This document shows, piece after piece, positions 1 to 9,014 of a stretch of 64,000 bases of DNA. Made by a program: the position numbers and the translations under genes. Under the pieces are notes generated by a model. That model was not told the origin of the DNA, ran no database searches, and saw only the letters and a program-made list of their open reading frames with translations. Positions within the stretch are counted from its first letter, which is position 1, and each line of letters opens with the position of its first letter. The stretch is from Dehalococcoidia bacterium (lineage in GTDB: Bacteria; Chloroflexota; Dehalococcoidia; SM23-28-2; RBG-16-64-32): positions 46,829 through 110,828 of the forward strand of contig DATKDX010000057.1 of NCBI GenBank assembly GCA_035512435.1, read 5' to 3'.

Positions 1-14
1 AGCACATCGGGCCA

Positions 15-395
15 ATGACGGAGGGTGCGCACGAGCGCTTCCTGGCTGACTTCGCGCGCCCCGATGCGCCGTTCGCCGCCTTTATCGCGGAAGTAGACGG
101 CCGGCCGGCGGGGTACGCGATTGTCTACGAGACGTATTCCACCCTGCGTGCCCGCCCCCGCCTCTTCATCGAGGACATCTTCGCCTACGAGGAGTACCGA
201 GGCACGCCGGTGGGCTGGGAGCTGATGCGGGCGATCGTGCGGCACGCGAAGGAGCGGGGGTGCTGCCTTATCGAGTGGCAGGTCCTGACGTGGAACCAGC
301 CAGCGATCGACTTCTACGAGCGTGCGGGAGCAGCCCGCGACGGCGAGTGGTACACGTACCGGCTCAGCGAAGAGGCGATGCTGGCCATCGATTAA
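15..395 (+). CDS. GNAT family N-acetyltransferase (possibly 5'-truncated by window edge)
   Basis: ORF translation shows acetyl-CoA binding GNAT core (IVRHAKERGCCLIEWQVLTWNQPAIDFYERAG); only ~126 aa from first Met at nt 15, N-terminal strands may lie upstream of window. Confidence 0.7.
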   Translation: MTEGAHERFLADFARPDAPFAAFIAEVDGRPAGYAIVYETYSTLRARPRLFIEDIFAYEEYRGTPVGWELMRAIVRHAKERGCCLIEWQVLTWNQPAIDFYERAGAARDGEWYTYRLSEEAMLAID

Positions 396-1792
396 CGCCC
401 GCGCGGGCGACCGCGCTGCGCCGGGCGCTCGGGGCGGTCCTTGCCCCAGAAGTCGAACCGGCCCATGAGCAATATGGTGCTGACCTGCGGGTCGGTCAGG
501 CGCGAGGCGAGGCGGCCGTCGAGGTCGCGAATCGTCAGGTTGGTGGTGATGACGGTGGGGAGGCAGGCGTTGTAGCGATGGTTCACGAGCTGGAATAGCT
601 TTTCGTCGGCCCAGGGGGTGCCGCTCTGGGACCCGAGGTCGTCGAGGATGAGTAGCGGGACGTTGCGCACGTGGTCAAACATGTCGTCAAAAGCGCGGGG
701 GTTGGCGGGGTTGTACGCCGCGCGCAGGCGATCCAGTAGATCCGGCACAACTACGAACATCGCCTGTTGGCCCGCCTCTCGGCGGTAGTTGCCGATGGCC
801 GCCGCCAGCCGCGTCTTGCCGCGGCCCGTGCCTCCGGCGATAACGAGCCAGTCGGCCGGTTCCTCGGCGAACTTCATCGCTGTGCGGTAGGCGTTCTGAG
901 TCTCCTTTAGCTCCTCGGAAGTGCTGGCGAGAAGGCGTGCGTCAAAGTTCTTAAATGTCATGCCGCGAAGCAGCGCCAGGTCCAGTGCGTCGATGCCGGA
1001 CGACATGGCGTCCCCGCCGGACTCGAGGTAGTGGACCTGTGCCAGGTCCGAGTCGGTCAGGCGCGTCTGTAGGCGCGCGTCGAAGGCTGCCGGGTCCAGA
1101 TTGGTATTGATGACGGTTGGCGTGCGCTCGCCGTAGCGGTGGTTAATCAGCTGGAAGAGCTTCTCTTCCGCCCAGGGAGTGGCGCTTTGCACGCCGAGGT
1201 CGTCGAGCACGAGCACCGGCGCATTGCGCACTAGCTCGAATAGCTCGTCGTAGCCGACTTCGCTGCCGGGCTGGTACGCGGAGCGCAGATGGTCGAGGAG
1301 GTCGGGAACGACCATGAACAGCGCGGACTGGCCTCGCTCGATGCAGCGGCCGGCGATGGCGGCGGAGAGGTGGGTTTTGCCGCAGCCGCTGGGGCCGGTC
1401 AACACGAACCAGCCTGACGGCGATTCCGCGAAGCGGCGACCGCCCTCCGCTGCTTTGGCGAAAGCCTCCTGGTGGGGTGGGCTAGGGCTGCGTCCGCGCG
1501 GGCTCAGGTTTTCGAACGTCAGGCGGGAGAGAGCGCCGAGGCCGCTATAGCGAAGAAGGCGGGCCTTCTTGTCGTCGGCCTTCTCGTTTTCCGTGCAGAC
1601 ACAGGGAAAGGCACGCCCGAAGTCGGGGTGGCCGAGGTGGACAGGTCGCCGGACGAATCCTGCGCCGCCGCAGTGATCGCACTCGTCTTCCTCGTCGAAG
1701 GACTGGTCAGGCGCCAGGGCGCGCAGGTCGCTTGCCTTCGCGGAAGCGTCGCTCAAGCCAGTCGATTTGAGGATCTCGTTGAGACTCTTCAT
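392..1792 (-). CDS. DnaC/DnaI-like helicase loader with N-terminal Cys-rich Zn-binding motif and two tandem IstB/DnaC-type AAA+ modules
   Basis: CDHCGG...CVC motif, then Walker A GPSGCGKTHL / Walker B VLVLDDLG, then second copy GGTGRGKTRL / LLILDDLG; the two halves are clearly paralogous; located immediately downstream of dnaB and a DnaD-domain gene. Start taken at Met (MKSLNEIL); longest ORF extends to 1837 and overlaps upstream gene. Confidence 0.6.
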   Translation of the reverse strand: MKSLNEILKSTGLSDASAKASDLRALAPDQSFDEEDECDHCGGAGFVRRPVHLGHPDFGRAFPCVCTENEKADDKKARLLRYSGLGALSRLTFENLSPRGRSPSPPHQEAFAKAAEGGRRFAESPSGWFVLTGPSGCGKTHLSAAIAGRCIERGQSALFMVVPDLLDHLRSAYQPGSEVGYDELFELVRNAPVLVLDDLGVQSATPWAEEKLFQLINHRYGERTPTVINTNLDPAAFDARLQTRLTDSDLAQVHYLESGGDAMSSGIDALDLALLRGMTFKNFDARLLASTSEELKETQNAYRTAMKFAEEPADWLVIAGGTGRGKTRLAAAIGNYRREAGQQAMFVVVPDLLDRLRAAYNPANPRAFDDMFDHVRNVPLLILDDLGSQSGTPWADEKLFQLVNHRYNACLPTVITTNLTIRDLDGRLASRLTDPQVSTILLMGRFDFWGKDRPERPAQRGRPRGR

Positions 1793-2414
1793 GGTCGCGT
1801 CCCTCTGTTTCCCATCGCCGCAGGATGCTGGCGACATAGCGCCAGCTGCGCTTGTTGAGTTCAGCCGATTCGCGTATGGCGGCGCGGATCCACTCCGCGG
1901 GGTAACGTGCCTCGGCGTCCTTCAGATCGTCCGCGATTAGCGGCGTGATGCTGCCGATATTGGCCTCATATAGCGTGAAGATATCGGGGGCGGGTTCGTC
2001 GGGTGCCGGTGGTAGCGCCTCTTCCAGTTGCATATCGCCGGCAGATTCGAGCGCGCGGTAGTTTGCCGGGTTGTTCACCGCATAGACTTCCGAGTCGCCG
2101 CCGCGGGCTCGGATCAGACTTCCCCGCCGCACGGCCAGATCCAGTCCCCGCGACAGTGCTTCACCATCGCTACCGCCGGAAACGTTTGCGAGCGCCTGTA
2201 CGAGCGTCCGGTCCGCCGCCAGCTCATCCCGGCTGACGACGCGCGGGTGCCGCTTCTGGTGGAGCTGCGCTGAGAAGAAGAAGTAGACCGAGACAACCAG
2301 CTCCGCCGGATCCGTGATCCCCGGCATTATGCGTGAGAAGAAGAGGTTGGGCACAGCGGTTGCCAGCCCGGAGTTCGGGAACCCGGCGAAGTCCTCTCTT
2401 GTCTCTTGTCTCAT
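1707..2414 (-). CDS. DnaD-domain (DnaB_2 family) replication initiation/primosome protein
   Basis: C-terminal segment LYEANIGSITPLIADDLKDAEARYPAEWIRAAIRESAELNKRSWRYVASILRRWETEG matches the DnaD C-terminal domain signature; sits between dnaB and the loader gene. Confidence 0.6.
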   Translation of the reverse strand: MRQETREDFAGFPNSGLATAVPNLFFSRIMPGITDPAELVVSVYFFFSAQLHQKRHPRVVSRDELAADRTLVQALANVSGGSDGEALSRGLDLAVRRGSLIRARGGDSEVYAVNNPANYRALESAGDMQLEEALPPAPDEPAPDIFTLYEANIGSITPLIADDLKDAEARYPAEWIRAAIRESAELNKRSWRYVASILRRWETEGRDHEESQRDPQIDWLERRFREGKRPARPGA

Positions 2415-2416
2415 CT

Positions 2417-3865
2417 CTACGCCCAGTCCGCGCTGCCTTCGTCGTCATCTCGGGTGGCTTCCCATTGCTCGTCGCGCATCAGAAAGTCCTCGAAGCGGGA
2501 GAGCTTGTCGCGGAAGCGCAGGTGGATCGTGCCGGTGGCGCCGTTGCGGTGCTTGGCCACGATGAGTTGTGTGATGCCGGCTGGGTATTCTCGGCGCTTC
2601 TCGTCGCCAGCGTGCTCACGTTCCCACTGCTCGCGGCTCACGTACTTCTCTTCGCGATAGATAAACATCACTACGTCGGCGTCCTGCTCGATGCTTCCGG
2701 ACTCGCGGAGGTCACTGAGCATCGGGATGTTATTGGCACGGTTCTCCGCCGCACGCGAAAGCTGTGAGCAGGCGATGACCGGCACGTCAAGGTCGCGAGC
2801 GAGTTGCTTGAGCGCGCGCGAGATGTAACTGACTTCTTGCACGCGGTTCTCGTTGCGCGCCCCGGAGGACATCAACTGCATGTAGTCGACGATGATGAGG
2901 TCGAGGCCGCGTTCGAGCTGTAGACGTCGTGCCTTAGCGCGCATCTCGGCGACGGTCAGGGTCGCGGCGTCGTCGAAGTAGACGGGGATGTCGCTGAGGA
3001 CGCCGAGCGCCTGCATGATCTTCGCCTCTTCACGGTCGGAGTACGTGCCAAGCACGAGCCGCGTCGAGTCGACGCCGGCTTCCATGGCGACCATGCGCTG
3101 CACCAGCTGGTCGGCGGCCATCTCCACGGAGAAGAAGCCGACTACGGCGTTGTGCTTAAGCGCCGCGTTACGGGCAAAGTTCAGCACCAGCGAAGTCTTA
3201 CCGAGGCTGGGCCGGGCCGCCACGATGACGAGGTCGCCGCGCTTGAGGCCGGGGGCCAGCATGGTGTCGAGGTCGGAATAGCCGGAGGTCACGGCGCGTG
3301 CCATGGAGGCTGCGGCTGCGGTGCCACTCTGCAGGCCCTCCAGATAGCCTGCGAGCAGGTCGCGGATGTGCTGGAAGTCGCGCAGCGATTCGCCGCTGCG
3401 CACGGTGGCGATGAGGGATTCCGCCTGGCCAAGCGCTTCGCCGACGTCGGCGCCACCGGTGTAGGCGATCTGTGCGATCTGGCCTGCCGCCGAGATCAGT
3501 TTGCGGTATGTGGCGTCGCGCTGGACGATGCCGGCGTAGTTCTCGACGCCCACAGAGGTCGGCAGGTCAGTGACGAGGCGGCTGAGGTAGGCGACGCCGC
3601 CGACGTCAGCCAGGCGCCCCTGGCGGTCGAGCTCGTGCGCCACAGTGATCTGGTTGATCGACTCGCTGCGGTCCCAGAGGGCGCGGCAGGCCTGGTAGAC
3701 CCAGGCGTTCTTCTCGCGGAAGAAGTCTTCCGGCTTAAGTCTGGGCGCTACTTTGAAGATTGCTTCGGGGTCGACGAGGAGGGAAGCGATGACCGCTTCC
3801 TCTGCCTCATTGTCGTGAGGCGGCAGTTTCTCCCCGCCCCTGGCGGATCCGGCTTCGATGACCAT
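2417..3865 (-). CDS. dnaB: replicative DNA helicase DnaB
   Basis: 482 aa; Walker A GKTSLVLNFA, DnaB motifs (DYMQLM, SRAVE-like, IACSQLSR), N-terminal DnaB domain; rplI immediately upstream (conserved rplI-dnaB synteny). Confidence 0.9.
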   Translation of the reverse strand: MVIEAGSARGGEKLPPHDNEAEEAVIASLLVDPEAIFKVAPRLKPEDFFREKNAWVYQACRALWDRSESINQITVAHELDRQGRLADVGGVAYLSRLVTDLPTSVGVENYAGIVQRDATYRKLISAAGQIAQIAYTGGADVGEALGQAESLIATVRSGESLRDFQHIRDLLAGYLEGLQSGTAAAASMARAVTSGYSDLDTMLAPGLKRGDLVIVAARPSLGKTSLVLNFARNAALKHNAVVGFFSVEMAADQLVQRMVAMEAGVDSTRLVLGTYSDREEAKIMQALGVLSDIPVYFDDAATLTVAEMRAKARRLQLERGLDLIIVDYMQLMSSGARNENRVQEVSYISRALKQLARDLDVPVIACSQLSRAAENRANNIPMLSDLRESGSIEQDADVVMFIYREEKYVSREQWEREHAGDEKRREYPAGITQLIVAKHRNGATGTIHLRFRDKLSRFEDFLMRDEQWEATRDDDEGSADWA

Positions 3866-3952
3866 TGTCTATTTAAGGATGCCCCCTGGGCGGTGCCGGA
3901 TCCGCGTCTGTTTGTCACTCGTTTGTTGACGAGGTGACGGAAACCGGCGTAC

Positions 3953-4687
3953 TCAGCCTTCCTGGCTTACGTTCTCGTCTTCCTCAGTCTCGATCGCTAA
4001 GTCTTCTTCTTCACTGGCTTCCGCTTCGGCGGCCGTGTCTTCGATTGCGGTCTCGGCGGCGTCTTCATCGGCCGGAGCCTCAACTTCGGCGTCGGCGAGT
4101 TCGGCCGGCGAAGGTTCCTCGTCAACGGGCGCTGCGGCCTCGGTGGCGGAAACTTCCGCCTCTTCGCTTTCGGCGGACGCTTCAGGTTCTGTGGCGACTT
4201 CCGCCGCCTGAGCCGCTGCGTCTGCCTCTTCCTCGCCGCCGAGGCGGACCACATTGACGGTCACGGTGGCGACGACGTTACGGGTGATCTTGACCGGTAC
4301 CTGGTGGGCACCCACCTCGCGGATCGGCTGGCGCAGTTCGACCTGCTTGTGCTCCAGCTCGACCTTGGTCTCGGCCTGCAGAGCCTCGGCGATGTCGCGC
4401 GAGGTTACTGAGCCGAAGAGCTTTTCTTGCTCGCCTACGCGAACTTCGATCGTGATCGACTTGCCGTCGACCATCGGCAGGACCTTGTCGCGCGCCTCTT
4501 CGTCCAGGCGGTCCTGGCGACGGGCGTACTTGGTGGCCTTCTGGGTGGCGATGTTGATGTAGTGCTCAGTCGCCGGAGCTGCCAGCTTTCGCGGCAGCAG
4601 GAAGTTGCGGGCGAAGCCGTCCGCGACGTTCTTGACGTCACCGGCCATCGCCGTCCCTTCTACTTCTTCAAGAAACACGACCTTCAT
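3953..4687 (-). CDS. rplI: 50S ribosomal protein L9 with ~95-aa acidic Glu/Ala-rich C-terminal extension
   Basis: N-terminus MKVVFLEEVEG...DVKNVADGFARNFLLPRKLA and C-domain typical of bL9; 244 aa instead of ~150 due to low-complexity acidic tail. Confidence 0.85.
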   Translation of the reverse strand: MKVVFLEEVEGTAMAGDVKNVADGFARNFLLPRKLAAPATEHYINIATQKATKYARRQDRLDEEARDKVLPMVDGKSITIEVRVGEQEKLFGSVTSRDIAEALQAETKVELEHKQVELRQPIREVGAHQVPVKITRNVVATVTVNVVRLGGEEEADAAAQAAEVATEPEASAESEEAEVSATEAAAPVDEEPSPAELADAEVEAPADEDAAETAIEDTAAEAEASEEEDLAIETEEDENVSQEG

Positions 4688-5159
4688 GGTTTATCTCCTT
4701 CTGCATCCTAAATAAGCCCAGCCTTGGGCAGGCAACGGGCTTCTCTACAGATTAATCGACATTCTCCCAACAGGCCAACCACTCCGCGTCTAGCGCGACG
4801 TGGACTTATCATGTGAGACAGGATGCCGAGCTTCCGCGACTTCTTCACTAACCTTCGCGCGGACATGCCGCTCACCCGCAAGGTGCAGCGACTGGTGGCC
4901 AATAACCTAATCAAGCTGCGCAGCCGACGCGATTGCTGCGGCAACCACGGCGAGCCTGGTTGCTGACAGGTCATTCAAGACCCGGGTCCCGGGCCAAGCG
5001 ACGATCAGGACAGTTCCGAGTCCGTGGCCTGAGCCTTCTGTAACCGTTCTGTAAAAACTCAACGGCATCGCCATCATTCGCCTTGTCGCCGTCTGTAAGG
5101 CTCCGGTACATTGGCAACGCCCAACGCCCAGGCGCACATCATAAGGAGGGATACGCCAC

Positions 5160-5390
5160 ATGGCAGTCGCCGGTCTTTCCAAAGCCCCTAACCTCGAGCA
5201 ACGGCTCCAAGAACTCCAACGACAGCTCGCAAGCGAATTTTCAGGGCGCTACACCAGCCACGAGGTCGCGCGCATTGCAGAGGAGGCCCGGGCATCCTTG
5301 GGGGATGCGAAGGTGAAAGATTTCGTGCCCCTATTCGTAGCCCGCGAGACAAGGGCACGCCTCCTCGCCCGCCAGAGCGCTTCGTCGTAA
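5160..5390 (+). CDS. small hypothetical protein (76 aa, predicted helical)
   Basis: ORF preceded by strong RBS (cataaggaggg) 8 nt upstream of ATG; followed by hairpin+T-tract; no family recognised. Confidence 0.45.
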   Translation: MAVAGLSKAPNLEQRLQELQRQLASEFSGRYTSHEVARIAEEARASLGDAKVKDFVPLFVARETRARLLARQSASS

Positions 5391-5419
5391 CGAAACGGTC
5401 CGCCCAGACCGCACGGTTT

Positions 5420-5439
5420 CCGCATTATGCGGTTTTATT
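5420..5439 (+). terminator. putative intrinsic terminator (ccgca-tta-tgcgg + TTTTATT) directly abutting ppk start codon
   Basis: short GC stem followed by T-run 5433-5439; a second stem cggtc-cgccca-gaccg lies just upstream. Confidence 0.4.
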
Positions 5440-5446
5440 ACCATCT

Positions 5447-7528
5447 ATGGTTTCCTACGCTGAGAAGACAGACCGTACGCCAGAGGCCCTCGCCGCTCCA
5501 GCACGCTATCTAAACCGCGAAATCTCGCACCTGCAATTCAACGACCGAGTCCTGCAATTGGCCGAAGACCCCACCGTACCCTTACTGGAGCGCGTGAAGT
5601 TTCTCGCCATCGCCGCTGGCAACCTGGACGAGTTCTACATGGTCCGCGTCGCCGGCCTCAAGCGCCAACAGGCGGCCGGCATGGAAGTCCCGTCGGCCGA
5701 CGGGCTCTCACCCACAGAGCAGCTCTCGCTCATCTCAAGTGTGGCTGGGCCACAGATGGGCCGCCTGGCCCGCCTCTTCACAAACGAGGTCCTGCCCGGC
5801 CTTCACGCGGCCGACATCAAAATCCTACGCTGGGCCGACCTGAACCGCGATCAGCGCAAAGCCATGCGGGATACCTACCGCGACCAGATCTTCCCTATCC
5901 TGACGCCCCTGGCAGTGGACCCTGGGCACCCCTTCCCCTATATCTCGAACCGCTCCCTGAACCTGGCTGTATTCGTCCGTGACGAGAACGAGACGCATTT
6001 CGCGCGGCTTAAAGTGCCGCCGATCCTGCCGCGCTTGCTTTCCGTCGGCGACGGCTGCCACGTGCCCCTCGAGGACGTAATCAGTGCGAACCTTCAGGAT
6101 CTGTTTCACGGCATGAAGGTGCTTGAAAGCCACGTCTTCCGCGTCACTCGCGACGCCGAACTGGAAGTCGACGACGACGGCGCCGAAGACCTGATGAGCG
6201 CGCTCGAGCAGGAACTGACCCGGCGCCGCTTCAGCAAAGCGGTGCGGTTGGAGGTGGAGCCGGGCATGTCGGAAGAGCTGCTTACAATGTTGATCCGCGA
6301 GCTGCAGCTTTCCAGCGACGATGTCTTTCGGCTGGCGGGACCGCTGGACGTAACGTTTCTATGGAGCCTCTACGATGACGCCCCGTCGGACTTAAAGTAT
6401 CCTGCTTTCCGGCCGGCCACACACCCCGACCTGCAGGAGACGGAGGACGTAGCGCTCGACGTATTCTCGTCGATACGCAAGCGCGACATCTTGCTGCACC
6501 ACCCTTACCAGTCATTCGCGACCAGTGTGCAGGCGTTCGTGGAGCAGGCGGCGGACGACCCAGACGTGCTCGCCATCAAGCAAACGCTATACCGCACTTC
6601 CGGCGAATCGCCCGTCGTTGACGCGCTGATCGAAGCGGCGGAATCCGGGAAGCAAGTCGTCGTCCTCGTCGAAATCAAGGCTCGCTTCGATGAAGTCGCC
6701 AACATCAACTGGGCGCGGACGCTGGAGCGCGCCGGCTGCCACGTCGTCTATGGCCTCGTCGGCCTCAAGACGCATTGCAAGCTCTGCATGGTTGTTCGGC
6801 AAGAGAAAGACGGCCTGCGCCGATATGTCCACATTGGTACCGGGAACTACAACCCGACTACCGCCCGAAGCTACGAGGATCTTGGTATTCTGACCGCAGA
6901 CCGGGAACTTGGCGCCGATGTCGGCGACCTCTTCAATTACCTCACCGGCTACTCCCGCCGCGGCAACTACGATTCGCTCCTCGTGGCCCCGCACGAACTG
7001 CGAGAGCGGATGATGGCTCTGATCGACCGAGAGGCGCAGTTCGCGCGGGACGGCCAGCCGGCTCGGCTAATCCTCAAGCTCAACGCTTTGGTCGATGAAC
7101 AAATCATCGATTCGCTCTACGAGGCATCCGATGCCGGCGTGCAGGTCGACATCATCGCCCGTGGCATCTGCGGATTGAAGCCGCAGGTGCCCGGCCTGAG
7201 CGAGAACATTCGCGTGAAGAGCATCGTTGGGCGCTTCTTGGAACACTCCCGGATCTTTTACTTCGCCAACGGCGGCAACAGCGAGGTGCTCTTCGGCAGC
7301 GCCGACATGATGCACCGCAACCTGGACCGCCGCGTGGAGGCGCTGGTACGGATCGACGCCAAGCGCCTAAAGCGCCGCCTCGCGGATATCCTGGAACTTG
7401 CGCTGGCCGACAACACGAACTCCTGGGTGCTCGGCCCAGACGCCGAATGGGCCCGCGTGCCACCGCCCAGTAACGGCAACGCCCATTCCCTGCAGAAGGA
7501 GCTATTGAAGCGTGCCCGCACAAGATAA
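5447..7528 (+). CDS. ppk: polyphosphate kinase 1
   Basis: 693 aa; N-terminal YLNREISHLQFNDRVL, middle and PLD-like C-domains (KTHCKLCMVVRQE...HIGTGNYN) typical of PPK1. Confidence 0.9.
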   Translation: MVSYAEKTDRTPEALAAPARYLNREISHLQFNDRVLQLAEDPTVPLLERVKFLAIAAGNLDEFYMVRVAGLKRQQAAGMEVPSADGLSPTEQLSLISSVAGPQMGRLARLFTNEVLPGLHAADIKILRWADLNRDQRKAMRDTYRDQIFPILTPLAVDPGHPFPYISNRSLNLAVFVRDENETHFARLKVPPILPRLLSVGDGCHVPLEDVISANLQDLFHGMKVLESHVFRVTRDAELEVDDDGAEDLMSALEQELTRRRFSKAVRLEVEPGMSEELLTMLIRELQLSSDDVFRLAGPLDVTFLWSLYDDAPSDLKYPAFRPATHPDLQETEDVALDVFSSIRKRDILLHHPYQSFATSVQAFVEQAADDPDVLAIKQTLYRTSGESPVVDALIEAAESGKQVVVLVEIKARFDEVANINWARTLERAGCHVVYGLVGLKTHCKLCMVVRQEKDGLRRYVHIGTGNYNPTTARSYEDLGILTADRELGADVGDLFNYLTGYSRRGNYDSLLVAPHELRERMMALIDREAQFARDGQPARLILKLNALVDEQIIDSLYEASDAGVQVDIIARGICGLKPQVPGLSENIRVKSIVGRFLEHSRIFYFANGGNSEVLFGSADMMHRNLDRRVEALVRIDAKRLKRRLADILELALADNTNSWVLGPDAEWARVPPPSNGNAHSLQKELLKRARTR

Positions 7529-9014
7529 GGAACGCGAAATCAAGCTCATAGTTCCGGAGGACTTCGATATGCCAGATCTCAACGGCGGTGCGACGGGCGT
7601 CGCCTCCGTCGTTGAGGCGGAGCCGCTCGATCTCACCGCCTCGTATTTTGATACGTCTGACCTGCGCTTGATGTCGAGTGGCATTACCGTTCGCCGCCGC
7701 ACAGGTGAGGCGCCGGAGCCTGTCTGGACACTCAAGCTTCCCGTCGACGGTGACCCAACGCTTCGCACTGAGGTTACACAAGCTTCGGACGGGCACGAGC
7801 CGCCGCCCGAAATTGCCTCGCTGCTGAAGGCCGTGCTCATCGACGCCGATCTGGTGCCCGTTGCTGAGCTGAAGACGCGCCGGCGAGTCTGGCGCCTGCT
7901 GGACGCCGAGGGTGGGGAGCTGGCTGAGCTAGTCGACGACCGCGTCTCGATTCTCGACGGCAACGAGATCAAGGACAGCTTCCGCGAAATCGAGGTGGAG
8001 GCCCGGAATGCCGAGGCGGCTGGCCTGAAGAGGATCGCGCGTGTTATCGAAAAGTCCGGCGGCAAGCCGGAGCAACGCTCCAAGGCCAGCCGCGCGCTCG
8101 ATGTCATCCGCAACAGGACGGCGCCCACCGCCGCGCCCGCCGTCTCACCCGGCGATCCCGCTGCTGCCGCCGTACGGGACACGCTGTCCCGCTTGCTACG
8201 AGCTATGGTGGCGCGCGCGCCACACGCTCTTCTCGCTGAAGTCGAAGGCGTTCACCGCATGCGAGTCGGCCAGCGACGGCTGCGCAGCGTTCTGCGCGCC
8301 TTTGGGCCGCTTCTCGACAAGGACAAGGTCACGCCGTTCGTCGATGAGTTGCGCTGGCTCGGCACCGTTCTCGGCGAAGTTCGGGACCTGGACGTGTTCG
8401 AGATCAACCTGCGCGACTCCGCTGGCGACGATCCAACGCTGACACCGCTCTTTTCCACCGTAGCTGCGCGCAAAGAAGCAGCCCGCGCCCGCCTCGCCGA
8501 AGCGCTCGCATCTGACCGATACCTCGATCTTATCCGCACGGGCCAGAAGCTCCTCGATGATGAGGCACTTGTAGTTGCCCAGGGCCCGTGTACGGAAACC
8601 CTGCCGCCGCTGACCACCTCCGCCGCCGACAAGCTGCGCAAGACGGCCGGCGCCCTGACACCAGCTTCGCCGGAGGCGGACTACCACGAAGTGCGCAAGC
8701 TGGCCAAACGCGCGCGCTATACGGCGGAAGCCGTCAGCGAATATGAGAAAAGGAAAGAGTCTCGCGCACTTCTGGAATTTGCCGGGCGCATGACGGCGGT
8801 GCAAAATGTGTTTGGCGCACACCAGGATGCCACGCTGGCCCGCGATACTATCATCGCCATCGCGAGCGAGCATCCGACAAACGGCGCGCTCAACCTGCAG
8901 ACCGGCCGCCTTATCGAGCGCGCGGACAAACAGGCCTCAGCACTAAGGGAGTTGGCGCTCCGCAAATGGAACAAGCTGGAGAAGGACAAGAGCACTAAGT
9001 GGCCCAGGAGGTAG
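7512..9014 (+). CDS. CYTH and CHAD domain-containing protein
   Basis: N-terminal EIKL... CYTH-like start, C-terminal CHAD signature HRMRVGQRRLRSVLRAF; overlaps ppk stop by 17 nt (operonic). Confidence 0.8.
   Translation: MPAQDKEREIKLIVPEDFDMPDLNGGATGVASVVEAEPLDLTASYFDTSDLRLMSSGITVRRRTGEAPEPVWTLKLPVDGDPTLRTEVTQASDGHEPPPEIASLLKAVLIDADLVPVAELKTRRRVWRLLDAEGGELAELVDDRVSILDGNEIKDSFREIEVEARNAEAAGLKRIARVIEKSGGKPEQRSKASRALDVIRNRTAPTAAPAVSPGDPAAAAVRDTLSRLLRAMVARAPHALLAEVEGVHRMRVGQRRLRSVLRAFGPLLDKDKVTPFVDELRWLGTVLGEVRDLDVFEINLRDSAGDDPTLTPLFSTVAARKEAARARLAEALASDRYLDLIRTGQKLLDDEALVVAQGPCTETLPPLTTSAADKLRKTAGALTPASPEADYHEVRKLAKRARYTAEAVSEYEKRKESRALLEFAGRMTAVQNVFGAHQDATLARDTIIAIASEHPTNGALNLQTGRLIERADKQASALRELALRKWNKLEKDKSTKWPRR

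Noticed and set aside
1707-1837. 130-nt overlap between the DnaD-domain gene and the longest loader ORF
   Set aside because: Probably start-site over-extension of the loader ORF. A start at 1792 still overlaps by ~85 nt, so the true start may be a non-ATG codon further in. This was not treated as a biological feature.
3152-3937. Long antisense or alternative-frame ORFs inside strongly supported genes (e.g. 3152-3937 +, 7152-7796 -, 46032-47561 -, 53660-55108 -, 38929-39741 -)
   Set aside because: High-GC genomes produce long stop-free shadow frames. Their translations are Arg/Pro/Ala-rich low-complexity and lack any family signal, while the opposite-frame genes (dnaB, ppk, purL, DASS transporter, ABC ATPase) are unambiguous.
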